From an uncultured Dehalococcoidaceae bacterium (lineage in GTDB: Bacteria > Chloroflexota > Dehalococcoidia > UBA2979), in assembly GCA_964479165.1 (NCBI GenBank), contig CAYZJO010000002.1, positions 265,493 through 329,492 on the forward strand: 64,000 nt of DNA, written 5' to 3'. Position numbers and translations under genes: made by a program. Numbering within the stretch: the first letter of the stretch is position 1; each line of letters begins with the position of its first letter. This document shows, piece by piece, positions 8,715 through 16,933 of this stretch. The notes beneath the pieces are model-generated. The model was not told the DNA's origin. It did not search any database and saw nothing but the letters and a program-made list of their open reading frames with translations.

Positions 8715-9137
8715 GAAAGGGTTCGGGGCTCCGCCGACCTCCACCGGCGCCGCCTCGGCGGCCGGCAGAGGCAACGGCGCATCGTCCTCCTCGAGCGACA
8801 TCGGGACGAAGTGCTCGCCGCACGCCGGGCAGCGGACGCTGCCGCTGTCGTCCACGAGCTCGTTGCGCTGCCGGTAGAACTCCTGGAGGAACGCGAGGTC
8901 CGTCGTGAACAGCCCCTCGATCACCCCCGTGTCGACCTGCGGCAGCGTGCCGAGCTTCGTGATCACGCGCGCCAGCAGCACCACCGTGTGGTACGCGGGG
9001 TTCTGCCGGACGCGCGGGTCGCGCAGCGGCGTGATCTCGTCCATCGCCGTCGCAAGCCGCATCGTGCCCTTGCGGTGCAGGTTGCCCGCCCGGTCGACGA
9101 AACCTCGCGGCAGGAAGAACTCGAACTCGGTTTGCAT
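8667..9137 (-). CDS. eCIS-associated hypothetical protein with a CxxC motif (RCPACGEHF); candidate tail-assembly chaperone. Zero-frame product is 156 aa.
   Basis: Its start overlaps the upstream tube gene stop (TGATG). It lies between the two tube genes. I recognise no named domain. Confidence 0.6.
   Translation of the reverse strand: MQTEFEFFLPRGFVDRAGNLHRKGTMRLATAMDEITPLRDPRVRQNPAYHTVVLLARVITKLGTLPQVDTGVIEGLFTTDLAFLQEFYRQRNELVDDSGSVRCPACGEHFVPMSLEEDDAPLPLPAAEAAPVEVGGAPNPFLERALAAAGLPPMTR
8715..8721 (-). promoter_or_regulatory. candidate -1 programmed ribosomal frameshift slippery heptamer C CCU UUC (Pro140-Phe141 of ORF 8667..9137)
   Basis: X XXY YYZ pattern in the zero frame. After a -1 slip the reading continues PGTGARGGG...LSKELGEF in the 8452..8823 frame. 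A 7-bp GC hairpin (cggcggc/gccgccg, 8679..8698) lies 16 nt downstream. Confidence 0.35.
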
Positions 9138-9601
9138 CAGCTCACCCTCTTGATGCCCTCATGCACGATGGTGATCTCCTCGACGCCGAATTCATTCGAG
9201 TCGACCTTGAGCGAGGGACCGCTGATCTTCGAGGGCCAGGCGTTCACGAAGTCCCAGCGAGCAACGGGGTTGTACTCGGAGTCCATCATCGTGATGGTCC
9301 CGTTGGTGCGGGCCTCCCTGACCTTGCCCTCGTTGACCTTCTGACGCCAATCCCAGAGTTCCATGTTGCTGGTGATGCCACGCTTGAGCGTGATGTCACC
9401 CCACTTGAGCTTCCCGGGAACCTTGAGAATGACCGCGTTCCCGTCCTTGTCGACGACCTTCTGCTCCACAACCTCGGTCTCGGCGCCGATGCCGGAGACC
9501 TCAGTGAAGAACCCACCGCCGGCGCTTTCGAGGTCGAGGTAGAACGCAAACCCGAGGAGCGGATCTTCCGAGACGGCCCCGGAGTCGTAGAGCTGTGGCA
9601 T
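9137..9601 (-). CDS. contractile-tail inner tube protein (Afp1-like)
   Basis: 154 aa. The pattern LGFAFYLDL...FTEVSGIGAETEVVEQK...PGKLKWGDITLKRG...ELWDW is typical of eCIS / T4 gp19-like tube proteins. Confidence 0.85.
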   Translation of the reverse strand: MPQLYDSGAVSEDPLLGFAFYLDLESAGGGFFTEVSGIGAETEVVEQKVVDKDGNAVILKVPGKLKWGDITLKRGITSNMELWDWRQKVNEGKVREARTNGTITMMDSEYNPVARWDFVNAWPSKISGPSLKVDSNEFGVEEITIVHEGIKRVS

Positions 9602-9656
9602 GTGCTGTTCCTTTCGCGGTCAGACCGCCGAAACGCGTGCGGCTGCGAGCCGGGCG

Positions 9657-11267
9657 CTACTCCTCGGCGCCCGGCGTGATCTGGCTGATGCGGAAGACAA
9701 CGAACTCGGCGGGTTTCACCGGCGCGATGCCGATCTCACAGACGAGGATGCCCGCGTCGATCATGTCCTGCGTGTTCGTCTCCGAGTCGCACTTCACGTA
9801 GAACGCCTCTTGCGGCGTCGCGCCGAAGAGCGCGCCCTGCGTCCACGTGCGGTTGAGGAACGCCGTCACGTCGCGGCGGACCTTCGCCCAGGTGCGCTGG
9901 TCGTTCGGCTCGAAGGGGACCCACTGCGTGCCCTGCTCGATGGAACCCTTGATGTAGTTGAAGAGCCGCCGCACGTTGAGGTAGCGCCACTCCGACGCCG
10001 CCTCGGCGAGCGTGCGCGCGCCCCAGATGCGGATGCCTCGACCCGGGAACGAGCGGATGCAGTTCACGCTCTGCACGTTCAACGTGCCGAGCTCCGCCTG
10101 CGTCAGGCTCGTCTCGAGATCAATGGCGCCCATCACCTCCTCGTTGGCCGGCGCCTTGTGCACGCCGCGCCGCGAGTCCGTGCGCGCCCATACTCCGGCG
10201 ACATGCCCGGACGGCGGGATGAACGACGCCGTCTTCGCTGCCGGGTCGTCGACCTTGATCCACGGGTAGTAGAGGACGCCGTAGCCACTGTCGCTCACGA
10301 GGTTCGCCTGCTTGCGCCAGTTCTCCATCTCCTGCGGAGACAGGCCCGGAGGCGAGTCGATGATCGCGACGCGATCCTCCATGCGCGTGCAGTGCGCGAT
10401 GAGCTGCTTCTGGACGGAGACCACGCCCTCCATGTCGATCAGGCCCTCCTGGAAGGCCTTCCACAGGTCGGGGATGGCGATCATCGTGACGTCGTCGAGC
10501 ACCTCGAGGCCGTCGATGCCCTCGCGGCGGGCGACGTCGCCCTGGAAGTCGGACGGGGAGACGGCGGTGACCGTCTCGGCGCCCTCGGCGAGGTTGTACG
10601 TGCCGACCGGCGGGACGCGGTTCGCGATGCTCACGCCGCGCGGCTGCAGGTCCTCGACGCTGATGAACATCGAGCCGCCGGACTCGGCGTTGATGACGTC
10701 GACGACGTAGCGCGCGTCGCTACGGCTGAGCGACAGGTCCTCGAAGGACTCTGCCGGGTACCCGGGCGCGCGCACGGTGATGCGGAAGCGGCCACCACTC
10801 TCGGATGCCTCGGGCGCCGGAGGCGCGTCCTCAGACGGCGCCCCGTCGCTGCCAGCGGGGGGAGCCGGCGGCGGCGCCGTTGGCTGGTCCTCGATCTCGA
10901 TGCGGACGTCGTTTCCCTGGGTGCCGGTCAGCTTCGAGGTGAAGCGGAGCGACTCCTGGGGCGATGCACGCCCCGGCAGCGCGAGCTGAGCGGGTGTGCT
11001 GTCGCCTTCACCGCCGATGCGGATGACGTAGCAGTTGCCGCCGCCGTTCATGAAGAAGCCGTACACCGCCAGCGGCGTGTACGAGCGGGTGAACCCGCCG
11101 AACGTCTCCTGGTACTGGGTCCAGTTCGTGACTCGGACGGCGCGGCCGACCGGGCCCTTCTCGGTGAACCCGACGAAGGCCGCGACCGACGTGCCGATAC
11201 CCTCGATGGGGCGGCTGCCGCTGGGGACCTCCTGCACGTATACGCCAGGCGCCTGGTAGGTAACCAT
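9657..11267 (-). CDS. contractile tail sheath protein (Afp2/3/4-like)
   Basis: 536 aa starting MVTYQAPGVYVQEVPSG..., the canonical sheath N-terminus. An RBS (GAGGAGAGG) lies upstream. Confidence 0.9.
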   Translation of the reverse strand: MVTYQAPGVYVQEVPSGSRPIEGIGTSVAAFVGFTEKGPVGRAVRVTNWTQYQETFGGFTRSYTPLAVYGFFMNGGGNCYVIRIGGEGDSTPAQLALPGRASPQESLRFTSKLTGTQGNDVRIEIEDQPTAPPPAPPAGSDGAPSEDAPPAPEASESGGRFRITVRAPGYPAESFEDLSLSRSDARYVVDVINAESGGSMFISVEDLQPRGVSIANRVPPVGTYNLAEGAETVTAVSPSDFQGDVARREGIDGLEVLDDVTMIAIPDLWKAFQEGLIDMEGVVSVQKQLIAHCTRMEDRVAIIDSPPGLSPQEMENWRKQANLVSDSGYGVLYYPWIKVDDPAAKTASFIPPSGHVAGVWARTDSRRGVHKAPANEEVMGAIDLETSLTQAELGTLNVQSVNCIRSFPGRGIRIWGARTLAEAASEWRYLNVRRLFNYIKGSIEQGTQWVPFEPNDQRTWAKVRRDVTAFLNRTWTQGALFGATPQEAFYVKCDSETNTQDMIDAGILVCEIGIAPVKPAEFVVFRISQITPGAEE

Positions 11268-11342
11268 GACCTCTCCTCGCTGCTCTCCGCTCGGAGCGCC
11301 GGCGTCCTCGCCGAGGTCTCCGCGCTGCTGCTCCTGATGCCG

Positions 11343-12222
11343 CTAGTCCTCCGACCGCTCCCCTTCGCCTTCGGAGGGTTCGTCGCCCTCCGCAGTCGCG
11401 AGATCGAGCGTGAGCACGCTGCCATCCGCGTACGCGCCGGCGGGTTCTTCCGACGCGAGCCGAAGGATGTCTCCATTGATGGCCACAAGTGCCGCCGTCG
11501 AGCCGCGGCGGACGCCGCGCAGCTCGAACGTGCCGTCCGCGCGGCTGGTCGCCGCTGAGCGATCCATCCGCACCTGCGCGCCAGCGACGGGCTCGCCATC
11601 GCGCACGAGGCGTCCGGTTATGTCGACCGGGATGTCCGGACTGACCGAGACGGGCGGCGGCATGACGATGCGCCGCTCGAGGACGAGCGGGCCCTCGCGC
11701 TGGATCTCGAGCTCGATCGGGATCGTGACCGACACCCGGATCGACGGCCGCAGGTCGTTGTCGAGGACGCTCCAGATGTCCACGATGTCCTTGATGGCCC
11801 CCGGCTGCGCGACCATCATCGGGATCTCGTAGCTCTCGGGAATGACGCCGTCGAAGGCCTCGAGGGGCAGCGTGAGGTGGCGGAAGAAGACGCGCGCCGC
11901 CCCCGTCAGCAGGCGGTGCTCGTCCTCGACCTCGTTGGACCAGGCGGTCACGAGGTACGAGCACTCGACGCGGATCGGGGGCCGCTTGTCGACGAAGCCG
12001 CCGTTCATACGCCCGGTCTCCCAGGGCGCGGGACGCAGCGTCCGGTTCTCCTGCATGTGGTAGAGGAAGAGGTTCAGCGTCGGACGCGTGAGCCTCGACG
12101 TGTTGTCGCGGCTGGGCACGTCGAAGGTAATGTCGAAGCCGCCCGCCTCGATGCGCTCGACGACGGTCGGCATCTCGGTGACGAGCAACGTACGCAGCGC
12201 GCGGTCGAGATCATCGATCATG
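11343..12222 (-). CDS. DUF4255 (Pvc16_N) tail terminator/cap-like protein (Afp16-like)
   Basis: The ORF track extends to 12506, but the conserved family N-terminus MIDDLDRALRTLLV...PTLNLFLYHMQENRTLRP begins at the ATG at 12220-12222. The upstream 95 codons are an Arg/His-rich in-frame artefact. Confidence 0.65.
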
Positions 12223-12316
12223 GCGCGCGCACCGTAGCGGCACGCGATTGCTGAATCGTTGCTTGCTCGTTGATAGGCGGGCTCGCGGCCGCCAACGGTC
12301 GCCACCCGGCCGGCGA

Positions 12317-12646
12317 CTACGTCCCGAGGACCTGCACCTGCCCCGGGTTCGCGATGATCGCCGGTACCCCCGGCGACCCGCCCATGCACAGGCCGATGCT
12401 GCTGGCGAGCAGCACAGGGATGTTGTTCACGAAGGTGCTGACGGCGGGCATCGTCCACTGGATGCTGACGCACGGCGCTGGCGCGCCCGCGATGTTGAAC
12501 ACGCATCCGGCGATCATCGTGACGTCACTCACCACGAGGACCGGGGCACCGCCGATGAGCACGGTCGGGTTGCTCGGCACAGTTGTCGCCTGCCCACCAT
12601 GAGGGCACATGATGGTCGCGGACGCGTTGAGGATCGGCGCCGGCAT
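12317..12646 (-). CDS. PAAR-like spike-tip protein (Afp10-like)
   Basis: 109 aa, Gly/Pro/Ala/Val-rich, with MCPHGGQ...VLIGGAPVLV motifs typical of PAAR-like domains. An alternative start at 12610 would give MCPHGG. Confidence 0.55.
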   Translation of the reverse strand: MPAPILNASATIMCPHGGQATTVPSNPTVLIGGAPVLVVSDVTMIAGCVFNIAGAPAPCVSIQWTMPAVSTFVNNIPVLLASSIGLCMGGSPGVPAIIANPGQVQVLGT

Positions 12647-12675
12647 TGAGGGCGCTCGGAGCTACGGGTTGCGGG

Positions 12676-13488
12676 CTAAGCGCCTGCCGCCGCGCTCGGG
12701 CCGTGCGGGCTCCGGTGCAGCGACATCTGGATACCTTCCTCATCTTCTTCCGGCACGTCTTCCCGGTGGAGCGAGGGTGCGAGCTCGGGCTCCTCTTCCT
12801 CTTCGGGAAGCTCGCGTGCCAGCGTCGAGGACATCTGCAGCTCTTCCTCAGGCAGCTCCTCCCGGGCCAGCGCCGAGGACATCTGGAGTTCCTCCTCCGG
12901 CGCTTCCTCGCGGGCGAGCGAGGTGCTGATGCTCGAGGACGGCGCGGACGCGAGCTCCTTCGAGAACGCCGACGCTTCCTGCTCCGCGGCGTCCTGCGGG
13001 CTGCTCACCCGCATGTCGCTGCCGCCGACTCCACCTTCACCGCCGCGCTGCTGCACGACGTGCGTCAGCTCGTGCGCGAGGAGTTGGTCGCCGCCGCTCG
13101 TGCCGGGCTGGTACTTGCCCTGCCGGAAGAAGATGTCCGACCCCGTCGTGAACGCGTCCGCCGACACGGCGTGGTTGAGCAAGTTCGCCTCGGAGTCGTC
13201 GTGCACGCGCACGTCGCTGAGGTCCGCGCCGAGCGCACCGCCGACACGTCGCTGCACCTCCGTGTCGAGGGAGCGACCGCCGCCCCGCTTCGACTCGATG
13301 GCATCCTCGACAGTCGAGTCGACAGCCGGATGCTCCTCGTCATGCTCGGACCGCAGCAGTCGCTGGACGGCCGCGTTACCGAGGGTCGAGACCAGCGGCG
13401 GCCGCGGGCGCGCTGCCTGGGGGCCGTCGGCCTCCGTCTCGCGCTGCCTCGCCCGTACCTCGTCCGTGAGTTCGTGGTCGAGAGTCAT
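12676..13488 (-). CDS. DUF4157 (eCIS-associated, HExxH zinc-metallopeptidase-like) protein with acidic C-terminal tandem repeats
   Basis: GRSLDTEVQRRVGGALGADLSDVRVHDDSEANLLNHAVSADAFTTGSDIFFRQGKYQPGTSGGDQLLAHELTHVVQQ matches the DUF4157 core. I prefer the start at ATG 13486-13488 (MTLDHELT, RBS AGGAGA) over the 13539 start. N-terminal TLGNAAVQRLL motif. Confidence 0.8.
   Translation of the reverse strand: MTLDHELTDEVRARQRETEADGPQAARPRPPLVSTLGNAAVQRLLRSEHDEEHPAVDSTVEDAIESKRGGGRSLDTEVQRRVGGALGADLSDVRVHDDSEANLLNHAVSADAFTTGSDIFFRQGKYQPGTSGGDQLLAHELTHVVQQRGGEGGVGGSDMRVSSPQDAAEQEASAFSKELASAPSSSISTSLAREEAPEEELQMSSALAREELPEEELQMSSTLARELPEEEEEPELAPSLHREDVPEEDEEGIQMSLHRSPHGPSAAAGA
12800..12945. repeat. 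About three imperfect tandem copies of a 45-nt unit inside the DUF4157 gene
   Basis: The DNA units (…gccagcgtcgaggacatctgcagctcttcctc… / …gccagcgccgaggacatctggagttcctcctc…) encode LAREEAPEEELQMSS / LAREELPEEELQMSS / LARELPEEEEEPE. Confidence 0.6.
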
Positions 13489-13519
13489 GATGTCTCTCCT
13501 CGATTGCCGGTTCCGACGC

Positions 13520-15712
13520 TTAGCGTCGGGCCTCTTCATACCACTCTGCGAAGTCGGCCGTCGTAACGAGGCGGCCGAGCTTCTGATACTCGCGACGCGC
13601 CGCGCGGATCAGGTGGCGCATGCCGATCGGTCCGCCGTCCGCAGCCGCGAGGAACGCCGCCAGCACGGCGATGTTGCGGATGTTGCCGCCGGCCACTCGG
13701 AACTGCCTCGCGGCGAAGTCCAGGTCGAGGTCATCGGCGAGCGGCGCGTTCGTGCGGAAGTTGAGCTCCCAGATGCGGCGGCGGTCGTCCTCGTCCGGCA
13801 CGGGGAAGTCGATGATCGCCTTCAACCGCCGCAGGAACGCGTCGTCAAGGTTGGCCCGCAGATTGCTAGAGAGCACGACGATGCCGTCGTACTCCTCGAT
13901 CTTCTGGAGGAGGTAGCTGACCTCGATGTTGGCGTAGCGGTCGTGCGAGTCGCGCACTTCGGTGCGCTTGCCGAAGACGGCATCCGCCTCGTCGAAGAAG
14001 AGGATGGCGCTCGCGCCGCTGGCCTCGTCGAATACGCGCGCGAGGTTCTTCTCCGTCTCACCGATGTACTTCGAGACCAGGCCCGAGAGGTCGATCTTGT
14101 AGACGTCGAGGCCGAGCTCGCCAGCGATCACCTCGGCGGCCATCGTCTTGCCGGTGCCGGACTCGCCGACGAACAGTGCCGATACGCCACGCCCGAGGGA
14201 CGCCTTGCCCGCAAACCCCCACTCCTCGTAGACCACGTGCCGGTGCAGCACCTGGAGCGCGATCTCTTTGAGTTGAGTGATGCGCTCTTCCGGCAGGACG
14301 ATGTCCTCCCAGCGATAGCGCGCCTCGATGCGCTGTGCCACGTCTGCGAGCCGCGGCTGCGACTGCATCCGCGCCGCCGTCTGCAAGGCCTCGAGGCCCA
14401 CGCTCTCCTCCCCGCGCCACGTACCGAGGCTGCGCGCCATGCGCGCTGCCGACTCGATGTCGGCTGCACCGAGGCGGAACGTGGCCGCGAGCTGGTCGAG
14501 GTCGTCTGTGGCGGCCGCGTCGCCGGCGGCGGCGGCCCAACGCCTGCGGGACTCCTCGTAGGTCGGCTCGTGCACCTCCATCACGAGGTCGAGTACGGGT
14601 TCGCGCGCGGGCGGACGCGGGGCGCGGCCGCCGAAGAGCACCGGCAGGGGGTGATCCTCAAGGGTGCGCGCGATCAGCCGCCCGAACGGCTCGATCGCGC
14701 CGGGCCGCTCGCCGTCGTCGTCCCAGCCCTCGAAGTAGAGCGCGAGCCCGAGGACGCAGGCGTCGCGACGCAGCCGCTGGAGTGCCCGCGGGGCGTCGGC
14801 GGGAGCGCGTTCACGCAGTGCGCCTGTATCGATGCTGGCGAGCCCAAGGCCGAGTTCGGTGCACGCGACACCGATGCGAGCACGCTTCTCCGCGACCCAC
14901 CGCCCTGCGAGGTAGACGCGCGCGTCCATGCGTCCGCGCAGCACCTCGGCGAGCCTTGCGCCGTCCGCAAGGTCCGAGGGATACGGCTCCACCTCGAGCT
15001 CGACCAGTCGTGCAATGCCCTCGAGCCGCGGGTCGAGACTCGGCGTGGCGTCATCCCTGCCGAGCAGCAGCGTCGCGACGTGAGGGTCGAGCTGCACGGC
15101 GTGGGCGAGCAACGACGGCGCGACGGCTGCAGCGTCGTCGGCGGTGGACAGCAGTTCGTACGTGATCAGGGGCGCGTTGGGCTCGAAGAGGCGGCGCAGC
15201 GCCAGCGCCTCGCGCCGCCCATCCGCGATCAGGTCGAGCACGAGCCCGACCGTCGGACGCTTCCTCGTGACATCGTCGTTCACGTAGGCGAAGACCTTCG
15301 CGTACGCCTGGTCGAGGTGCGGCGCGAGCGCGACCACGAGCGCCTGGCGTTCCTCGGGCGAAAGCCCGAACGCGGCCACGAGACGCTCAAGCGGCAACGT
15401 CACCCCGGCTGCCACGGATGTAGCAGCGCGCGCGTCGAGGTCGGCGCGGGAGGCTGCGGCTGCTCGCCGCAGTTCGGCGAGTCCCCCCGGCTGCTCGTCC
15501 GGAACCCCGAGCAGGTCGTCAACCTCCTCGTCCGAGATGTAGAGCCCACGGTAGTCGTCGGCAGGACCGAGCGCGCGACGACGCCGGCCGCGCTCCACCT
15601 CGATGCGCAGGCGGAGCGCGAGCCAGCGCAGCTCCGCCTCGAGCTGGTCGAGCGACGACGCGAAGGGCTCCGGCGCCTCGATCGACAGCGGTGGTTCCGC
15701 GGTGAGCGTCAT
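13520..15712 (-). CDS. AAA+ ATPase of the eCIS (Afp15-like)
   Basis: 730 aa. Walker A GESGTGKT, ILFFDEADAVFGKR and the SSNLRANLDDAFLRRL sensor region at the C-terminus, with a long N-terminal domain as in Afp15/Pvc15. RBS GGAGAGG upstream. Confidence 0.9.
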   Translation of the reverse strand: MTLTAEPPLSIEAPEPFASSLDQLEAELRWLALRLRIEVERGRRRRALGPADDYRGLYISDEEVDDLLGVPDEQPGGLAELRRAAAASRADLDARAATSVAAGVTLPLERLVAAFGLSPEERQALVVALAPHLDQAYAKVFAYVNDDVTRKRPTVGLVLDLIADGRREALALRRLFEPNAPLITYELLSTADDAAAVAPSLLAHAVQLDPHVATLLLGRDDATPSLDPRLEGIARLVELEVEPYPSDLADGARLAEVLRGRMDARVYLAGRWVAEKRARIGVACTELGLGLASIDTGALRERAPADAPRALQRLRRDACVLGLALYFEGWDDDGERPGAIEPFGRLIARTLEDHPLPVLFGGRAPRPPAREPVLDLVMEVHEPTYEESRRRWAAAAGDAAATDDLDQLAATFRLGAADIESAARMARSLGTWRGEESVGLEALQTAARMQSQPRLADVAQRIEARYRWEDIVLPEERITQLKEIALQVLHRHVVYEEWGFAGKASLGRGVSALFVGESGTGKTMAAEVIAGELGLDVYKIDLSGLVSKYIGETEKNLARVFDEASGASAILFFDEADAVFGKRTEVRDSHDRYANIEVSYLLQKIEEYDGIVVLSSNLRANLDDAFLRRLKAIIDFPVPDEDDRRRIWELNFRTNAPLADDLDLDFAARQFRVAGGNIRNIAVLAAFLAAADGGPIGMRHLIRAARREYQKLGRLVTTADFAEWYEEARR

Positions 15713-15760
15713 GCCCTCTCCGAACGCTACCGGCTCAGTGTGCCGGATCGAGGTTGCGAG

Positions 15761-15779
15761 GCGATTGACGCGCGATTGA
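15761..15779. promoter_or_regulatory. direct repeats GCGATTGA-cgc-GCGATTGA (11-bp period), candidate SARP binding site / eCIS operon promoter element
   Basis: Located in the 73-nt gap between the SARP gene stop (15786) and the ATPase start (15712). The SARP family is known to bind direct repeats with 11-bp periodicity. Confidence 0.3.
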
Positions 15780-15785
15780 TGGGCG

Positions 15786-16799
15786 CTAATCGAGCCCGAG
15801 TTCGCTCAGCAGCGCCCGCGTCTCCTCGGACGGCGCAACATCGAACTCGGCGCGGAGGCGCTCCTCGCAGAGGCGGTACTGCCGCATCGCCTGGGCGCGG
15901 TTCCCCAGCATGGCGTGAGCGCGGACCACCCAGCGGTGCGCGGCCTCGTCGAAGGCGTCGCGCAGCACCAGCGTCTGGCCCAGCTGCAGCACTCGCGCCC
16001 ACTCCCCGCTCGCCGCGCCGTACTCGATCAGCCGCGCGACTGCCCACTCGTAGAGATTGCCGAGTGCCAGCCGCGGCTCGCCGGTCCATTCTTCTGTCAA
16101 GTCGGACTCGAGGAAGTCGCCGCCGTACTCCGCAAGTGCCGCATCGAGGCACGCCACCGCCTCGGCCTTCCGGCCCGCCGCGAACTCCGACTTCGCGCGA
16201 CCGACCGCCTCGCGGAACTCGACGGCGTCCACGTGCCACTCGAGCCCGCCATCGAGGCGGTACAGACCCTGCTCGACGAACAGCCCGCGACTTCCGTCGC
16301 CGTCACCCAGCCCCTCGCGAAGCCTCGAGCGGACGTGGTGCACGGCAATGCTGAGGTTGTTCGCACCTCGCGCGGGGTCGGAGTCCGGCCAGAACGTCTC
16401 GATGAGCGTCTCGCGCGCGGTCGGCCGCCCCGGCGTCAGCGCGAGGTAGGCGAGCAACTGGCGCGCCTTGCGGCTGCGCCAGCGATCGACAGGCCGCCCA
16501 TCGATGCTCAACTCGAACGCGCCGAGCAGGCGCACGCGGACCTCGGGAACCGGGGGCGCGGACGCCTCGACCTCGATCACCGGCGCCTGACGGGTGGCTG
16601 CCGCCTCGAGACGCGGAGCCACCAGCGCGAACAACCTCGCCTGCTCGCTGCGCAGTTCCGCGAGCTCGGCCCGCGTCTCGACCATCAGGCTGTGTAGCGC
16701 GTCGAGGCGATCGAAGACCGCGACGGCAGCGACATCGTCGGGCGTGCGGTCGCGCAGGACGAACGGCAATTGCGGTTGAGCGGCGAAGGCGATCCGCAT
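15786..16799 (-). CDS. SARP-family transcriptional regulator (OmpR-type winged helix plus BTAD domain)
   Basis: VRVRLLGAFELSIDGRPV...RKARQLLAYLAL...RETLIETFWPD...ANNLSIAVHHVRSRL followed by a TPR-like BTAD region. Co-oriented with, and immediately upstream of, the eCIS ATPase gene. Confidence 0.8.
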   Translation of the reverse strand: MRIAFAAQPQLPFVLRDRTPDDVAAVAVFDRLDALHSLMVETRAELAELRSEQARLFALVAPRLEAAATRQAPVIEVEASAPPVPEVRVRLLGAFELSIDGRPVDRWRSRKARQLLAYLALTPGRPTARETLIETFWPDSDPARGANNLSIAVHHVRSRLREGLGDGDGSRGLFVEQGLYRLDGGLEWHVDAVEFREAVGRAKSEFAAGRKAEAVACLDAALAEYGGDFLESDLTEEWTGEPRLALGNLYEWAVARLIEYGAASGEWARVLQLGQTLVLRDAFDEAAHRWVVRAHAMLGNRAQAMRQYRLCEERLRAEFDVAPSEETRALLSELGLD

Positions 16800-16933
16800 C
16801 GAGGAGCCTCGGTCGGGGAGACCGCGGACGCCGGCACCGTCTCTGCCTCGTGCTATGGCGGCGGCGGCGAACGCGCGGCATTATACCAACCGCACGGACG
16901 CACACCCTCTTGTCGTCGAACAGGATTCCCTCG

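Noticed and set aside
8452-8823. Calling 8452..8823 as an independent 123-aa gene starting at GTG 8823
   Set aside because: The first 52 codons are the out-of-frame image of the upstream gene (Arg/Gly/Ala junk). Only the part downstream of 8714 looks protein-like, so a transframe product or a mis-sequenced indel is more plausible.
9600-11558. 652-aa plus-strand ORF antisense to the sheath gene, plus 12923..16354 (1143 aa) antisense to the ATPase/DUF4157 region
   Set aside because: Shadow ORFs. Their composition is dominated by Arg/Ala/Gly/Pro and the opposing strand carries unmistakable sheath and AAA+ genes.
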